Below are positions 1 to 10,295 of a DNA stretch of 64,000 nucleotides, one piece after another (within the stretch, counting starts at the first letter, position 1; every line of letters begins with the position of its first letter). The notes under the pieces are model-generated. The model searched no databases and was not told the origin of the DNA. It saw nothing but the letters and a program-made list of their open reading frames with translations. The position numbers and the translations under genes are program-made. The stretch spans positions 1 through 64,000 of the forward strand of contig JBFWOZ010000011.1 in NCBI GenBank assembly GCA_050250255.1, written 5' to 3'. The DNA comes from Bdellovibrionales bacterium. GTDB lineage: Bacteria; Bdellovibrionota; Bdellovibrionia; Bdellovibrionales; DASUEL01.

Positions 1-467
1 AATAGGATAATGAGGGCCCCTAAAAGCATGACGTAGAAACCAATCATGATCCATGCGATTTGATCTTCTTGTAGACCACAGGCCGCACCAATCAAAACTG
101 AAAAAAGAATCGAAGCGTTGATGTTCTTCTGATCCAATTTCACACGGAACCGAACGAGAGCAAGAGCCGCCACGATCGCAAAAGCACGAACGATATTATC
201 GTTAATGAGTAATGTGATACCGGTCATTCCCACACAAAGAAATAGTAAGTTGCTGGACCCAATAAGAAGTTGGAAAAGCTCACGGGGCGAACTCATATTT
301 TGTTTTCCCCAGATAGATCGAACGGCAATAAAAGTGATGGAGCTTAAAATAATGCCCATAGCTACCGAGCTCAACATCAAACCAATGAGCTGCTCTGTCG
401 GTAAATTCGCTGTGGCCGTAGTGGAAGCCTGCGCAACTGTGGCTCCACCCATCAATCCATGAAACAT
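1..467 (-). CDS. DUF4956-like membrane protein (VTC-operon partner), 3' end outside window
   Basis: Manual translation from ATG 467 (1 nt after the VTC stop): MFHGLMGG...LINDNIVRAFAIVAALALVRFRVKL...LIGAACG. The 'AF...ALVRFR' motif is typical of DUF4956. Not in the ORF track because it is truncated. Confidence 0.75.
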   Translation of the reverse strand, partial: MFHGLMGGATVAQASTTATANLPTEQLIGLMLSSVAMGIILSSITFIAVRSIWGKQNMSSPRELFQLLIGSSNLLFLCVGMTGITLLINDNIVRAFAIVAALALVRFRVKLDQKNINASILFSVLIGAACGLQEDQIAWIMIGFYVMLLGALIIL

Positions 468-468
468 A

Positions 469-1395
469 TTAACCTACTCCAATGGATTTCACTTGCTGAG
501 CGACTCCCCAGCAATACTTTGAAAAACTCACTTTCGAAATGGATTGCGATTTGAGATAAGCATCAAGCCAAGAAGGCAACACACCACGATGTTTAACTTC
601 CATGATGACAGTTTCATCGCAAGAAAACACTTTACCAAGAGCTTCGGCTTCGGCCCAAATTCCCATAGACTGTAGGGCTTGACTTAGGCCGTTACGGAAC
701 GGAGTTAAGCGTTCAACAACAATACCCTTATCCAAAGTTACGCGAATTCCGCCCTTCATGCCCAAGCTCTCAGTACAAGAAGACTCTTTTCCTTCAAAAG
801 CTAAGCGCTCATAGCGAACGCGCATTTGCGGAACAAGTTGATATTGATTAACAAGATCGTTCACCATTTCCACTCGTCGGAGGAGCTCTGCCGCGTTCAG
901 ATTTTTATTGAGAGATAAGAGCTTATTAGAGATCGAAATGGTTTGCGCTTTCATCAGAAGATCTAAATTTGTAGGATCTAATTTGAATCTTTCTTTTGAT
1001 GAAACGCTTTGATCCCCTTTTTTTGTTTTGGTTTTTGCTTCAATAAAGCATGTTTCTTCGTTCCAAACACCACGAGGTGCATATCGACGGATACGAAGCT
1101 TAGATCTTTTTTCAGGTTTATTAAAGTGATGCTGAAAAAGATCCATTTCTTGAGAGTCGAAGTATATGGATTCGATGATCGTGAATCCTGAACCACCATC
1201 GGGGTAGGAAAGCACCATGTGTTGCTCTAGAAATTCGATCGTCTGAGCTTGGATAGCTCCTGGAATAAAAAATTTGTCTTCGATTCTTACAAAACTATCA
1301 GCTGCTAGATCTGTCGGCAGTTCAGATGGAGCTACATTCATTTTTTCTGCTGTACTCAAGTCGCATTCGGTAAAGTCCAAAGTATTTGGAGTCAT
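469..1395 (-). CDS. VTC-domain (polyphosphate polymerase-like, CYTH/TTM fold) protein
   Basis: RIEDKF, SIYFD, RSKLRIRRY, FIEAK, YERLAF, RVTLD, IMEVK, FSKY motifs; RBS GAGGG. Confidence 0.88.
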   Translation of the reverse strand: MTPNTLDFTECDLSTAEKMNVAPSELPTDLAADSFVRIEDKFFIPGAIQAQTIEFLEQHMVLSYPDGGSGFTIIESIYFDSQEMDLFQHHFNKPEKRSKLRIRRYAPRGVWNEETCFIEAKTKTKKGDQSVSSKERFKLDPTNLDLLMKAQTISISNKLLSLNKNLNAAELLRRVEMVNDLVNQYQLVPQMRVRYERLAFEGKESSCTESLGMKGGIRVTLDKGIVVERLTPFRNGLSQALQSMGIWAEAEALGKVFSCDETVIMEVKHRGVLPSWLDAYLKSQSISKVSFSKYCWGVAQQVKSIGVG

Positions 1396-1507
1396 TTGTC
1401 CCTCTTAGCTATTCCGTCATAGGCCAGTATTGAGTTGCGACGGAATATAACAGAGCCCTAACAAATACCTAAAGAAAGAATGGCTGGATGAACTTTTTTT
1501 AAATGGA

Positions 1508-3436
1508 CTAAGAAACTCCAAAAAATCTTAAGCTTTGCACAACAAAAACTGATGAGACGTAGGCCATTAATGTAAAAACTGTTATTTGAATGAGGGCAAA
1601 AGTGCGCGATCCACTCTCCCTTTGAGCAACTACGTAAGTTGTTAAACACTGAAGAGCAATCATGAAAAAAACAATGAGGCCCCATACGGTGGCTGTGGTA
1701 AAAAGTGGGTTTCCATCAGCAGCCTTAGCCTCTTCCATATTTTTCAAAAGCGAAGTCTGTAGAGCTTCTTCATCCTCGTCGGTGACGTTAAAAATCAAAG
1801 CGAGAGAAGAAACAAACACTTCCCGGGCGGCAAAAGCAGAAATCAGTCCTACCCCGACTCGCCAATCCACACCCATAGGTTGCATAACAGGCTCAATCGC
1901 CTGCCCCATTTTGGCCGCATAACTTTCTGCTAAGCGTTCGGAGGGGCTTTCAATGTCATAACGAGGAAAAACCGTAATGGTCCAAATGATCAAAGAGAAT
2001 ACAAGAATTGCAGGCCCCGCTTTGCGTACATAAGAATAAGTACGGTCGAAAGCGGATTTAAAAACATTTCTCAGGTGTGGTCGCCGATAGGCAGGAAGTT
2101 CCAGCATAAACCAGCCGGGGCTTTCTAATTTTAAAATTTTACCGGCAATCGCGGCCGTGATTGAACCCACAACAAGACTTCCTAAATAAATGGCCGTAAG
2201 GGCAAGTCCCGCCTTCCACGCTTCAGTTCCCTGATACAAAAAACCCAAGAGTAAGGCATACACGGGCAAACGTGCACTGCAAGACATGAGCGGAATAATG
2301 AAAATGGTAAGGAGTCTTTCGCGACGACTGTTGATCGTACGTGCCGCCATCATTGCCGGAATCGCGCAGGCGAAACCAGAAAGAAGCGGCACAAAGGATC
2401 TGCCATTTAAACCGAGCTTTGAAAGCGGCCGATCAATAATGGTGGCCGCTCGAGCGAGATAACCCCAGTCCTCGAGAATCACCATTCCCAAAAACAGAAT
2501 AAAAATTTGTGGTACAAACACAAGTACAGAACCAAAGCCTGCAAAGATTCCGTCTGACACAAAATCCGCAAGTAGCCCTGGTGGAAGTTTCTCCGCCGTC
2601 CAGCCACCCATCTCACCAAAAAAACCGTCCACCAGGTCCATGAGTGGTGCGGCTAACCAATAAATGGAACTAAAAAGTGAACCCAAAATAAGAATAAAAA
2701 ATAAAAGGCCTAATACCGGATGCAAAAGCACTCGATCAATCGCAAGTGTGGTTTGATCTGCCCGGTGACTCAGTCGATTAATTTTTTGGGCGTTCAGCTG
2801 GTGAGAACCACCCTCTTCTTCAAGCACGTCCGCAACTATTGCGTCGAGGTCCGCGTAGACTTTTTCTACTTCCGAAGAAGACCAGGTCGGAAGAGGTTTT
2901 TGTACCCGCTTTGAAGTCGACAATCGGGTTCGCACTAGACCGACAGCTTCTTGAATGCCACCACCAAGGCGACCATCCACAAGAACAACGGGAATCCCTA
3001 AGTATTTTGAAAGTTTCTCGGCATTCACTTTCAGATTTTTTTTGCGGAGAAGATCGTTCATCGTGACCGCAAGCACAATTTGAAAGTTTGATTCAAGAAG
3101 TTGTTTAACTAAAAATAAATGGCGAGACAATTGCGTTCCGTCAACGACCACCAAAAGGGCATGTGGGCTCTGATGGTTTTCATCATGTTGATAGAGAGCC
3201 GTTACTGTCACTCGCTCTTCTGGGGATTGAGCGTTGAGGGAGTAAATCCCTGGAGTATCCATGACAGAAATAACTTCTCCATAAATAGGAAGTGTTTGCC
3301 CAACCGCATACTCCACGGTCGACCCCGGATAGTTGACAGATTTGTAACTCGAACCTGTAATCCAATTATAAACTGTAGTTTTACCCGCGTTTGGCGCACC
3401 CACGACGGCAAAAGAAGAACTTAAACTTTGATGCAC
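1508..3436 (-). CDS. feoB: ferrous iron transporter B
   Basis: GAPNAGKTT, DTPGIYSL, GFACAIPAMMAAR, SCSARLPVY, AREVFVS gate/core motifs. Confidence 0.97.
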   Translation of the reverse strand: MHQSLSSSFAVVGAPNAGKTTVYNWITGSSYKSVNYPGSTVEYAVGQTLPIYGEVISVMDTPGIYSLNAQSPEERVTVTALYQHDENHQSPHALLVVVDGTQLSRHLFLVKQLLESNFQIVLAVTMNDLLRKKNLKVNAEKLSKYLGIPVVLVDGRLGGGIQEAVGLVRTRLSTSKRVQKPLPTWSSSEVEKVYADLDAIVADVLEEEGGSHQLNAQKINRLSHRADQTTLAIDRVLLHPVLGLLFFILILGSLFSSIYWLAAPLMDLVDGFFGEMGGWTAEKLPPGLLADFVSDGIFAGFGSVLVFVPQIFILFLGMVILEDWGYLARAATIIDRPLSKLGLNGRSFVPLLSGFACAIPAMMAARTINSRRERLLTIFIIPLMSCSARLPVYALLLGFLYQGTEAWKAGLALTAIYLGSLVVGSITAAIAGKILKLESPGWFMLELPAYRRPHLRNVFKSAFDRTYSYVRKAGPAILVFSLIIWTITVFPRYDIESPSERLAESYAAKMGQAIEPVMQPMGVDWRVGVGLISAFAAREVFVSSLALIFNVTDEDEEALQTSLLKNMEEAKAADGNPLFTTATVWGLIVFFMIALQCLTTYVVAQRESGSRTFALIQITVFTLMAYVSSVFVVQSLRFFGVS

Positions 3437-3645
3437 GCGGCTTCCTTTTTCCTGAGAGCAACAATCGCCCCCCTCAATTCCACAAGTACAGGCTCTCCAA
3501 AAGGAGCAATCCCTAAAATTCGAAGTTCTTCGCCCTTCGTGAAACCAAGCTCGCGAAGACGGTTCGCCATTCCTTCTGCGTGATCTTCTCGCACATCAAG
3601 AATGACACCCGTAAAACCAATAGATTGTTCTGTTAATGCTCTCAC
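3421..3645 (-). CDS. feoA: ferrous iron transport protein A
   Basis: RLRELGF, APFGEP, VALRKKEA; overlaps the feoB start. Confidence 0.93.
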   Translation of the reverse strand: MRALTEQSIGFTGVILDVREDHAEGMANRLRELGFTKGEELRILGIAPFGEPVLVELRGAIVALRKKEAACIKV

Positions 3646-3701
3646 TCACTTGAACGTACTGAAGAACCATAAGGCGGTCTAGGAAATCACAGCATTTGAC
3701 C

Positions 3702-4526
3702 TTAATGAAATCTCATTGAGAAAAGGCCACTGTGAATCTCCTCTAGAGCCTTTTTGACCTTCGGGATGAGAGCAGAGGCCAAAGCAGGCATATACTGTTT
3801 GGAGCTTTCGTCCATATAGAGTCTACGATTCATTTCGACTTGAATTGTATGGTGTCCTTTTGAAGGTTGTCCATAATGCTCGGTAATTCGTCCACCAAGG
3901 TAGGGCCAATTGTAGGCAACGCTGAAACCCTGATTTTGGTAGGCGGCAATAACAAGGTCTTTGAATTCTGCTGAACAGCTCTTTCCTTTTTGATCACTCA
4001 CGACAAAGTCTGCACGCATTTCTCCGGGATCTCGATGTTCTTTCGTTCCTTGAGAGGGCATGCTGTGAGCATCGATGTGGTAAATGTTTTTGTAATTTTC
4101 TTTTTGATAATTTTGAACCTGCTTCTGGATTTGAGCATGAAAAGGATCAAAATATTTTTTTACAATCTGTTGATGCAGTTCCACGGAAATGGGCTCCTTC
4201 ATCAAAGGCTCCCCTAAGGTGGTAATAGCCCAGTGAAGCCCGCGATTGTATTTGCCCGGCGTTTCGTTGCTTCCTTTGACGGTGGTGGGGTCCACATCTT
4301 TAGAAAAACGATTTAAATCTGCTGCATAACGATGCCACGGAGTTACGATGACCGGCACTCCCAATTCTTGAAGAGAAGGCGCGTAAATACGGTCGACAAA
4401 ACGATCCACATCTCTCATCAAAACCACTTCAGATAATCCCATAAGCCATTGTGCTTCGGGAGGAATTTGTTCGCCCGAGTGCGGTATGGTTACAAAAAAG
4501 GCCGGTCCTTGCGGTTTATTTTTCAT
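3702..4526 (-). CDS. N-formylglutamate amidohydrolase family
   Basis: IPHSG, DLNR, IDAHSMPS, NWPYLGG, IQVEMNRRLY. Start moved to ATG 4526 to avoid overlapping the divergent gene. Confidence 0.9.
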   Translation of the reverse strand: MKNKPQGPAFFVTIPHSGEQIPPEAQWLMGLSEVVLMRDVDRFVDRIYAPSLQELGVPVIVTPWHRYAADLNRFSKDVDPTTVKGSNETPGKYNRGLHWAITTLGEPLMKEPISVELHQQIVKKYFDPFHAQIQKQVQNYQKENYKNIYHIDAHSMPSQGTKEHRDPGEMRADFVVSDQKGKSCSAEFKDLVIAAYQNQGFSVAYNWPYLGGRITEHYGQPSKGHHTIQVEMNRRLYMDESSKQYMPALASALIPKVKKALEEIHSGLFSMRFH

Positions 4527-4548
4527 ATTTCCTGTACTACTATGAGTA

Positions 4549-5121
4549 ATGGCAAAGATATACACCAAAGTAGGCGACGGCGGCCAGACTTCTCTCGTCA
4601 GTGGAACGAAAATTTCTAAGGGCGATGTTCGACTCGAAGCTTATGGAACCGTCGATGAATTGAATTCTTGTTTGGGCGTTGCACGCGCTGAAATCAAACA
4701 AATAAAGGGTCACACCAAAGAGCGAAAGCAAATGGAATTGTGGCTCGCAAAAATTCAAAATGATCTTTTTAACCTAGGCTCTCTGCTCGCTTGTGAAAAA
4801 GCGGAAATCGCAAAAAAACTTCCTTCCATTTCTGAGTCGCAGATCAAAGAGATGGAATCTCAGATCGATCAAATGACTAAGGTCCTAAAGCCTCTTCGAG
4901 AATTCATTCTCCCAGGGGGCCACAGTCTTGCCGCATCACTTCACGTCTGTCGCACGGTGTGCCGAAGGGCTGAACGTTGGACCGTTCGACTTTCAAAAGA
5001 GAGCGACAACATCGATCCAGTGACGATAAAATATTTAAATCGTCTCAGTGATTTTTTATTCACTATCGCCCGTTACGGAAATCATCTGACGAAGACTCCA
5101 GAACCAACTTGGGAAAAATAG
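4549..5121 (+). CDS. ATP:cob(I)alamin adenosyltransferase, PduO type
   Basis: KIYTKVGDGGQT, YGTVDELNS, FILPGG, RTVCRRAER, YLNRLSDFLF. Confidence 0.95.
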   Translation: MAKIYTKVGDGGQTSLVSGTKISKGDVRLEAYGTVDELNSCLGVARAEIKQIKGHTKERKQMELWLAKIQNDLFNLGSLLACEKAEIAKKLPSISESQIKEMESQIDQMTKVLKPLREFILPGGHSLAASLHVCRTVCRRAERWTVRLSKESDNIDPVTIKYLNRLSDFLFTIARYGNHLTKTPEPTWEK

Positions 5122-5125
5122 TTTC

Positions 5126-6238
5126 ATGAAGATCGTCAAAGCGACTGAGTCCGACGCGCCTGAATTGACGAAGTTTTTCGCCTGTCAAATTCTCCATGGA
5201 CCTGTCGATATTCAAATTGTTCGCCCAGGACATTTTTTTGATCAATATCGCTTACAATCTAGCGAGTTTGACGTTTTTGTTTTGAAAACAAATGAAAATG
5301 AAATCCGGGGAATGGCGACGATCATCTATCGCAAAGCCTTTATTGCCGGAAATGAAACCTACATCGGATATTGTACCGATTTACGAGTCGCTCCCGACCG
5401 AGAAACCATTCTTACATGGACCAAACATTTCCTTCCCGTTCTTCAAGACGCTATGAAGGAGCGAAATTGCAAATATTTTTTCTCTGTCGTTGTTCCTCAA
5501 GACAGTCGAGCTTACAACGCTTTAGTGCGACCTCGCAGTGCACGCCGCAACATCCCTCGCTTTTACATGCTTGCCCGCTTTGAACTTGTCACCGTTATGG
5601 GCCGACTTCCTTGGGCCACAAAACCTCTTTCGACAATCGACATTCAAAGAGGAGAAAACAAAGATTTTGAACCTCTTCTTGAATACCTTCAAAAATCTTC
5701 GCAAGAACGCACGCTCAGTTACGTCTACACGCCGGAACTTTTGCGCGAACGCCTCACTCGCTGGCCCGGCTTCAGCATTGAAAGTTTTTTTATTGCTCGC
5801 GATAGCAAAGGCAAAATCATCGGTTGTGTGGCTCCATGGGATAGTTTTGAAGTTCAGAATTTTGTCGTTCGTGAATACCATGGATTTACAAAGACTCTCA
5901 AAACAGCCGTGGGACTTGCTTCCTACACAGGAATTGCCCAAGCCCTACCCGATCTCAATAAATCTCTCAACTTTATGTATCTCACTCATCTCTATGCGGA
6001 TAACCCAGATATTTTCTATTCTCTGCTCTATGAATCTTATGAAATCGCAAGACCCAATAAATCTCTCGTGTATGGACATTTCGTAAATCATCTCACAACA
6101 CTTCCACCACGGCCTTTTCTCTCTACCACTTTACCGCTGGCCGTTTACTCTCTCTTGCCTCCCGATCAGCCACTGCCTGATTTCCTCCGCATGAGCCGAT
6201 TAGTTGCCGCGCCCGACATCGAAGTCGCCTTTATTTAA
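5126..6238 (+). CDS. putative GNAT-fold acyltransferase
   Basis: 370-aa ORF 4 nt after the upstream stop; IGYCTDLRV segment resembles a GNAT beta4 motif. Confidence 0.5.
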   Translation: MKIVKATESDAPELTKFFACQILHGPVDIQIVRPGHFFDQYRLQSSEFDVFVLKTNENEIRGMATIIYRKAFIAGNETYIGYCTDLRVAPDRETILTWTKHFLPVLQDAMKERNCKYFFSVVVPQDSRAYNALVRPRSARRNIPRFYMLARFELVTVMGRLPWATKPLSTIDIQRGENKDFEPLLEYLQKSSQERTLSYVYTPELLRERLTRWPGFSIESFFIARDSKGKIIGCVAPWDSFEVQNFVVREYHGFTKTLKTAVGLASYTGIAQALPDLNKSLNFMYLTHLYADNPDIFYSLLYESYEIARPNKSLVYGHFVNHLTTLPPRPFLSTTLPLAVYSLLPPDQPLPDFLRMSRLVAAPDIEVAFI

Positions 6239-6682
6239 ACTCTTATCTCCGTCTGTAATTTGAAGATTTGCCAGTGGAAGAATTGCATTTTTCATTGGGA
6301 GAATATGTCTTGTATCAGGAAAACTTATGGCAGGAATTAAGGCGAATGTTGCGTTGCGGTGCCTTTGTGTCTCTGATTGCGCACTGATTTTAAAAAAAAG
6401 TAAGTGAAAATTTCCGATGTTATTCCGGCACCCGTTTTTGGTGAAGATGGCTGGCAAATCGATACCAATACCTTTGGCCTGCTGCTTGCTTATGTATCAG
6501 TTCGTAACATTTCTCGGTGCCTCCACATTCGTGGGTTCCGATGGCAACCGAAAACACCTTTCCCAATGACCATTCCTTCGGCTGGCTAACCCAGAGCAGC
6601 CGCCTGCGCGTGTTTCAAAGTGCATAAATCTCAATTATCCACTAAAAATAGCCGAAACATCACTAGAGGATAAACTCATACT

Positions 6683-7720
6683 ATGGAGACAAAACCCATG
6701 ACTGCTGCCAAAAAAATCCAACCTGCACGCAAACTCACAGTGATTCCCGGCGATGGAATTGGGCCAGAAATTACCGAACAAGTGGTTCGTATTCTCCAAA
6801 AAGTAGGCTCTCCTTTTGAATATTTCGAAGCGCATGCAGGACTCATCGCGATTGAAAAACATAAAGAACTTTTACCCGAGAGCACACTGGAATCCATTCG
6901 CTCTACAGGGCTAGCACTCAAGGGACCTATCACCACTCCGGTGGGTGGTGGCTACAAAAGTTTGAACGTCACCTTACGGCAGACATTTGATCTCTACGCA
7001 AATGTGCGTCCGGTGAAATCGCTTCCTGGAGTTGAAACCCCTTTTAGAAATATCGACATGATTATCGTTCGTGAAAACACAGAAGATCTCTATATGGGCA
7101 TTGAACGCAAAGTCGACAATGACACGATGGAGAGCATTAAGCGAATCACTCGCAGTGGCAGTGAGCGCATCTCAAAATATGCTTTTGAGTTGGCAAAAAA
7201 CTTAGGTCGTAAAAAAGTTCATGTGGCTCACAAAGCTAACATCATGAAAATGACTGACGGATTGTTTCTCGACGTCTTCAAAAAAGTCTCTGGTGCTTAT
7301 CCAGGAATCGAAGCCAAAGACGTGATTATAGATAACTGTTGCATGCAGCTTGTTTCAAAACCACAACAGTTCGACATGATCGTTACAGAAAATCTCTACG
7401 GAGATATTTTAAGTGACCTCTGTGCTGGACTTGTCGGTGGTCTCGGCGTGGTTCCTGGCTCGAATATTGGTAAAGATGCAGCGATTTTTGAAGCGGTACA
7501 CGGCTCTGCCCCTGATATCGCAGGTCAAGGTAAAGCAAATCCTACCGCCTTACTCCAGAGCGCCGTGATGATGCTTCAACACGTTGGGGAATACGATAAA
7601 GCGGATAAAATTATGACCGCACTTATCGAAGCCCTCAAACACACTCAGACGCGCACACCCGATCTTGGCGGAAAGGGTTCGACAAAGTCGTTTGCTGACG
7701 CCATACTCTCTAACTTGTAA
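6683..7720 (+). CDS. isocitrate/isopropylmalate dehydrogenase family (probably NAD-dependent IDH)
   Basis: PGDGIGPE, SLNVTLR, VRENTED, HKANIMK, NLYGDILSD, FEAVHGSAPDIAG; the true start may be ATG 6698. Confidence 0.92.
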   Translation: METKPMTAAKKIQPARKLTVIPGDGIGPEITEQVVRILQKVGSPFEYFEAHAGLIAIEKHKELLPESTLESIRSTGLALKGPITTPVGGGYKSLNVTLRQTFDLYANVRPVKSLPGVETPFRNIDMIIVRENTEDLYMGIERKVDNDTMESIKRITRSGSERISKYAFELAKNLGRKKVHVAHKANIMKMTDGLFLDVFKKVSGAYPGIEAKDVIIDNCCMQLVSKPQQFDMIVTENLYGDILSDLCAGLVGGLGVVPGSNIGKDAAIFEAVHGSAPDIAGQGKANPTALLQSAVMMLQHVGEYDKADKIMTALIEALKHTQTRTPDLGGKGSTKSFADAILSNL

Positions 7721-7745
7721 GAACTAAAAATAAGAGAGTTAGGAA

Positions 7746-8615
7746 ATGCGAATATTGGTGTTTGGCGCCCAAGGTGGATTGGGGCGCACCTTTCAACAGT
7801 ACAGAACCAAGCTTGAACAAAAATTGGATTGGACCTTTTGTGGCCGCGAGGACATCGACGTTACAAAAGAGGTTTCCGTCCGTTTTAAAATTGATTCTGT
7901 AAAACCTCACGTGGTGATCAATGCTTCGGGCTACACGGCTGTTGACCAAGCCGAAATCGATAAAGAGAAAGCTTTTGATGTAAACACAAAAGCCGTGGCT
8001 ACCATAGCCGAAATTTGCGCCAAAAACTCTATCCAATTTGTGACTTATTCAACTGATTTTGTATTTGATGGAAACACAGATCTTCCCATCAAAGAACGCG
8101 ACCCCACAAATCCCATCAATGTTTACGGACAGTCTAAACGTGAAGGTGAAATCGCGGCTCTTCAACATCCTACTTCAACGGTGATTCGCACAAGCTGGCT
8201 CTACAGCGAACTCGGCAAAAGTTTTCCTAAAACTATTTTAGAAAAAGCCATCCGGGGTGAAGAGCTCAAAATCGTAGGCGACCAATTTTCAAGCCCTACC
8301 TGGTCTCAAGATCTCGTTCGCAGCACAATGAAGTTAGTAGAACTTGGTGAAAAAGGACTCTTCCATTTTTCAAATTCGGGTACCGCGAGCTGGTTCGATC
8401 TCGCTGCACAAACGATCGAAATTTATAGTCAAAAAAAGAAGCTCAGTCTTAATATGCCCCTTAAAATTACCACCGAAGAATTCCCACGTCCCGCACAGAG
8501 GCCTAAATACTCGGTTTTGAACTGCGACCGTATTAAAAAACGAGGAATTATCTGCCGGAATTGGAAAATGGCTCTTGAAGATTACGTGGAACAGCTGATA
8601 AAAACAGGCCTATGA
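7746..8615 (+). CDS. rfbD: dTDP-4-dehydrorhamnose reductase
   Basis: GAQGGLG, YTAVDQAE, STDFVFDG, YGQSK, DQFSSPT, RPKYSVL. Confidence 0.95.
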   Translation: MRILVFGAQGGLGRTFQQYRTKLEQKLDWTFCGREDIDVTKEVSVRFKIDSVKPHVVINASGYTAVDQAEIDKEKAFDVNTKAVATIAEICAKNSIQFVTYSTDFVFDGNTDLPIKERDPTNPINVYGQSKREGEIAALQHPTSTVIRTSWLYSELGKSFPKTILEKAIRGEELKIVGDQFSSPTWSQDLVRSTMKLVELGEKGLFHFSNSGTASWFDLAAQTIEIYSQKKKLSLNMPLKITTEEFPRPAQRPKYSVLNCDRIKKRGIICRNWKMALEDYVEQLIKTGL

Positions 8616-9625
8616 AAAATTTTAACAAAATTCTTGTCACTGGCTGCGCAGGTTTCATTGGCTCCAATTTTTTACGTTGGGTTTTTCAAAATCAAAAAAA
8701 TGTCTCTGTCGTTCATGTCGATGCCCTCACTTATGCAGGCAATCTAGAAAATTTAGGAGAATGGCTCAAGTCTCCCCGCCATCAATTTGTGAAAGCGGAT
8801 ATTCGCGATGTTGATCAAATGAAAGCACTCGTCAAAGACGTTGATGCCGTTTTGAATTTTGCAGCCGAAAGTCATGTTGATCGTTCTATCGATGGGCCTA
8901 AAACATTTATCGAAACAAATGTGAATGGAACGTTTTCCATGCTCGAAGCCACTCGAGCTTCGAGCCGACCTATTCGTTACTTGCAAGTTTCCACAGACGA
9001 GGTTTACGGAAGTTTAGCAGACACCGGGCTTTTTACTGAAGAAACTCCGCTTGCACCCAATAGCCCCTACTCGGCTTCAAAAGCCTCGGCCGATTTACTC
9101 GTGCGCTCCTATCATCACACATTTGGACTCGATACTATTACCACGCGTTGTTCGAACAACTATGGACCTTATCAGTTTCCTGAAAAATTAATTCCTCTCA
9201 TGATTAAGAATGCCAATGAAAACCTCCCACTCCCCGTTTACGGGGATGGCATGAATGTTCGCGATTGGATTCATGTTGAAGACCATAACCGCGGAGTTTG
9301 GGCCGCTTTGACTCTTGGAAAATCAGGAGAAGTTTATAATTTTGGTTCTGACAATGAGTGGCCTAATATTGAAATTGTGAAAACGATCTTAAAAAAGTTA
9401 AATAAACCTGAATCTCTAATTAAATACGTCAAAGATCGACCAGGCCACGATCGTAGGTACGCCATTGATGCTACAAAATCCAAGAAGGAACTTGGCTGGA
9501 AAGCTCAAGTACCCTTTGAACAAGGTTTAAGCTCTACAATTACATGGTATCTAGAAAACCAGAAATGGGTTCAATCCGTCACCAGCGGTGAATACAAGTC
9601 CTTCTACAACCGCTGGTATAAATAA
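8612..9625 (+). CDS. rfbB: dTDP-glucose 4,6-dehydratase
   Basis: GCAGFIGSNF, AAESHVDRSI, STDEVYG, YSASKA, DRPGHDRRY. Confidence 0.97.
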   Translation: MKNFNKILVTGCAGFIGSNFLRWVFQNQKNVSVVHVDALTYAGNLENLGEWLKSPRHQFVKADIRDVDQMKALVKDVDAVLNFAAESHVDRSIDGPKTFIETNVNGTFSMLEATRASSRPIRYLQVSTDEVYGSLADTGLFTEETPLAPNSPYSASKASADLLVRSYHHTFGLDTITTRCSNNYGPYQFPEKLIPLMIKNANENLPLPVYGDGMNVRDWIHVEDHNRGVWAALTLGKSGEVYNFGSDNEWPNIEIVKTILKKLNKPESLIKYVKDRPGHDRRYAIDATKSKKELGWKAQVPFEQGLSSTITWYLENQKWVQSVTSGEYKSFYNRWYK

Positions 9626-9720
9626 ATATAGTAGAGTTCACAAAATTTGTATCTACCCTTGTACTTTAATTTAAAAAGTTATATCTAGATCGTGATTAAA
9701 ACTATTCACTCTGGAGTTCT

Positions 9721-10161
9721 ATGAAAACAGTCACTTTTTTCTTACTCGCATTTATTCTTCTTGGACATTTTCCAAAAGTTCACGCGCAACAACGTTTTAA
9801 ACGTCAAACTGTTATCTGTAGAATTGAAAACGAAACAACCGTGAGGAGCTACACACTGCGATTTTATCCAGGCCAAATCAGCAACAATCGGATTTCTATC
9901 GCTGGTATGATTTCCTGCAAAAAACAGATGTGCGGTGGAAAGTTACAACTACTTGATCCTAAAATTGTTAGCGATCATCGCAATATGGTTGTTCGCTTAT
10001 CTGCGAGCAACGAAGTCTTGAATTTTGTATTTACAATTCCTTTTGAATATCTCCATAAAACACTTCCAGAAATTCCTGTGAGATTTAATGCTTACAGTAT
10101 AATTCCAGGGAACGAAATGCCCGAAACTCTTGAGCTAGTTTGCAAAAATAGTTTGAACTAG
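9721..10161 (+). CDS. hypothetical secreted protein
   Basis: RBS GGAG; signal peptide ending VHA; Cys pairs. Confidence 0.75.
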   Translation: MKTVTFFLLAFILLGHFPKVHAQQRFKRQTVICRIENETTVRSYTLRFYPGQISNNRISIAGMISCKKQMCGGKLQLLDPKIVSDHRNMVVRLSASNEVLNFVFTIPFEYLHKTLPEIPVRFNAYSIIPGNEMPETLELVCKNSLN

Positions 10162-10224
10162 TGAATAAGGGGGGGAGGAAGGCGCCTTTACAACGCCTTC
10201 CTCAATATTCAGTTGGAGGGGGAA
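10156..10224 (-). ncRNA. structured C-rich hairpin (candidate sRNA or bidirectional terminator)
   Basis: Perfect 10-bp stem GAGGAAGGCG/CGCCTTCCTC plus outer TGAATA/TATTCA stem; unpaired C-runs on the minus strand; between convergent genes. Confidence 0.35.
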
Positions 10225-10295
10225 TGTGTTTCATCTTTATGCGTGAAACTAAAATCAGATTAGTCCACACATCTAAAATCCGTATGAAAACAGAA

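Noticed and set aside
1410..1448. Riboswitch in the VTC leader (TATTCCGTC/GACGGAATA stem)
   Set aside because: A single 9-bp stem with no known aptamer motif; it does not cover the SD.
5522..6086. Alternative-frame ORFs (182 aa plus, 139 aa minus) and the many similar short nested ORFs in the track
   Set aside because: Fully nested in well-supported genes, with no motifs or RBS.
6239..6682. ncRNA or small ORFs in the 440-bp gap before icd (6404-6589, 6200-6457, and a ~50-aa hydrophobic frame near 6417)
   Set aside because: No tmRNA, RNase P, SRP, 6S or riboswitch signature recognised, and the ORFs lack a clear RBS or motifs. Unresolved.
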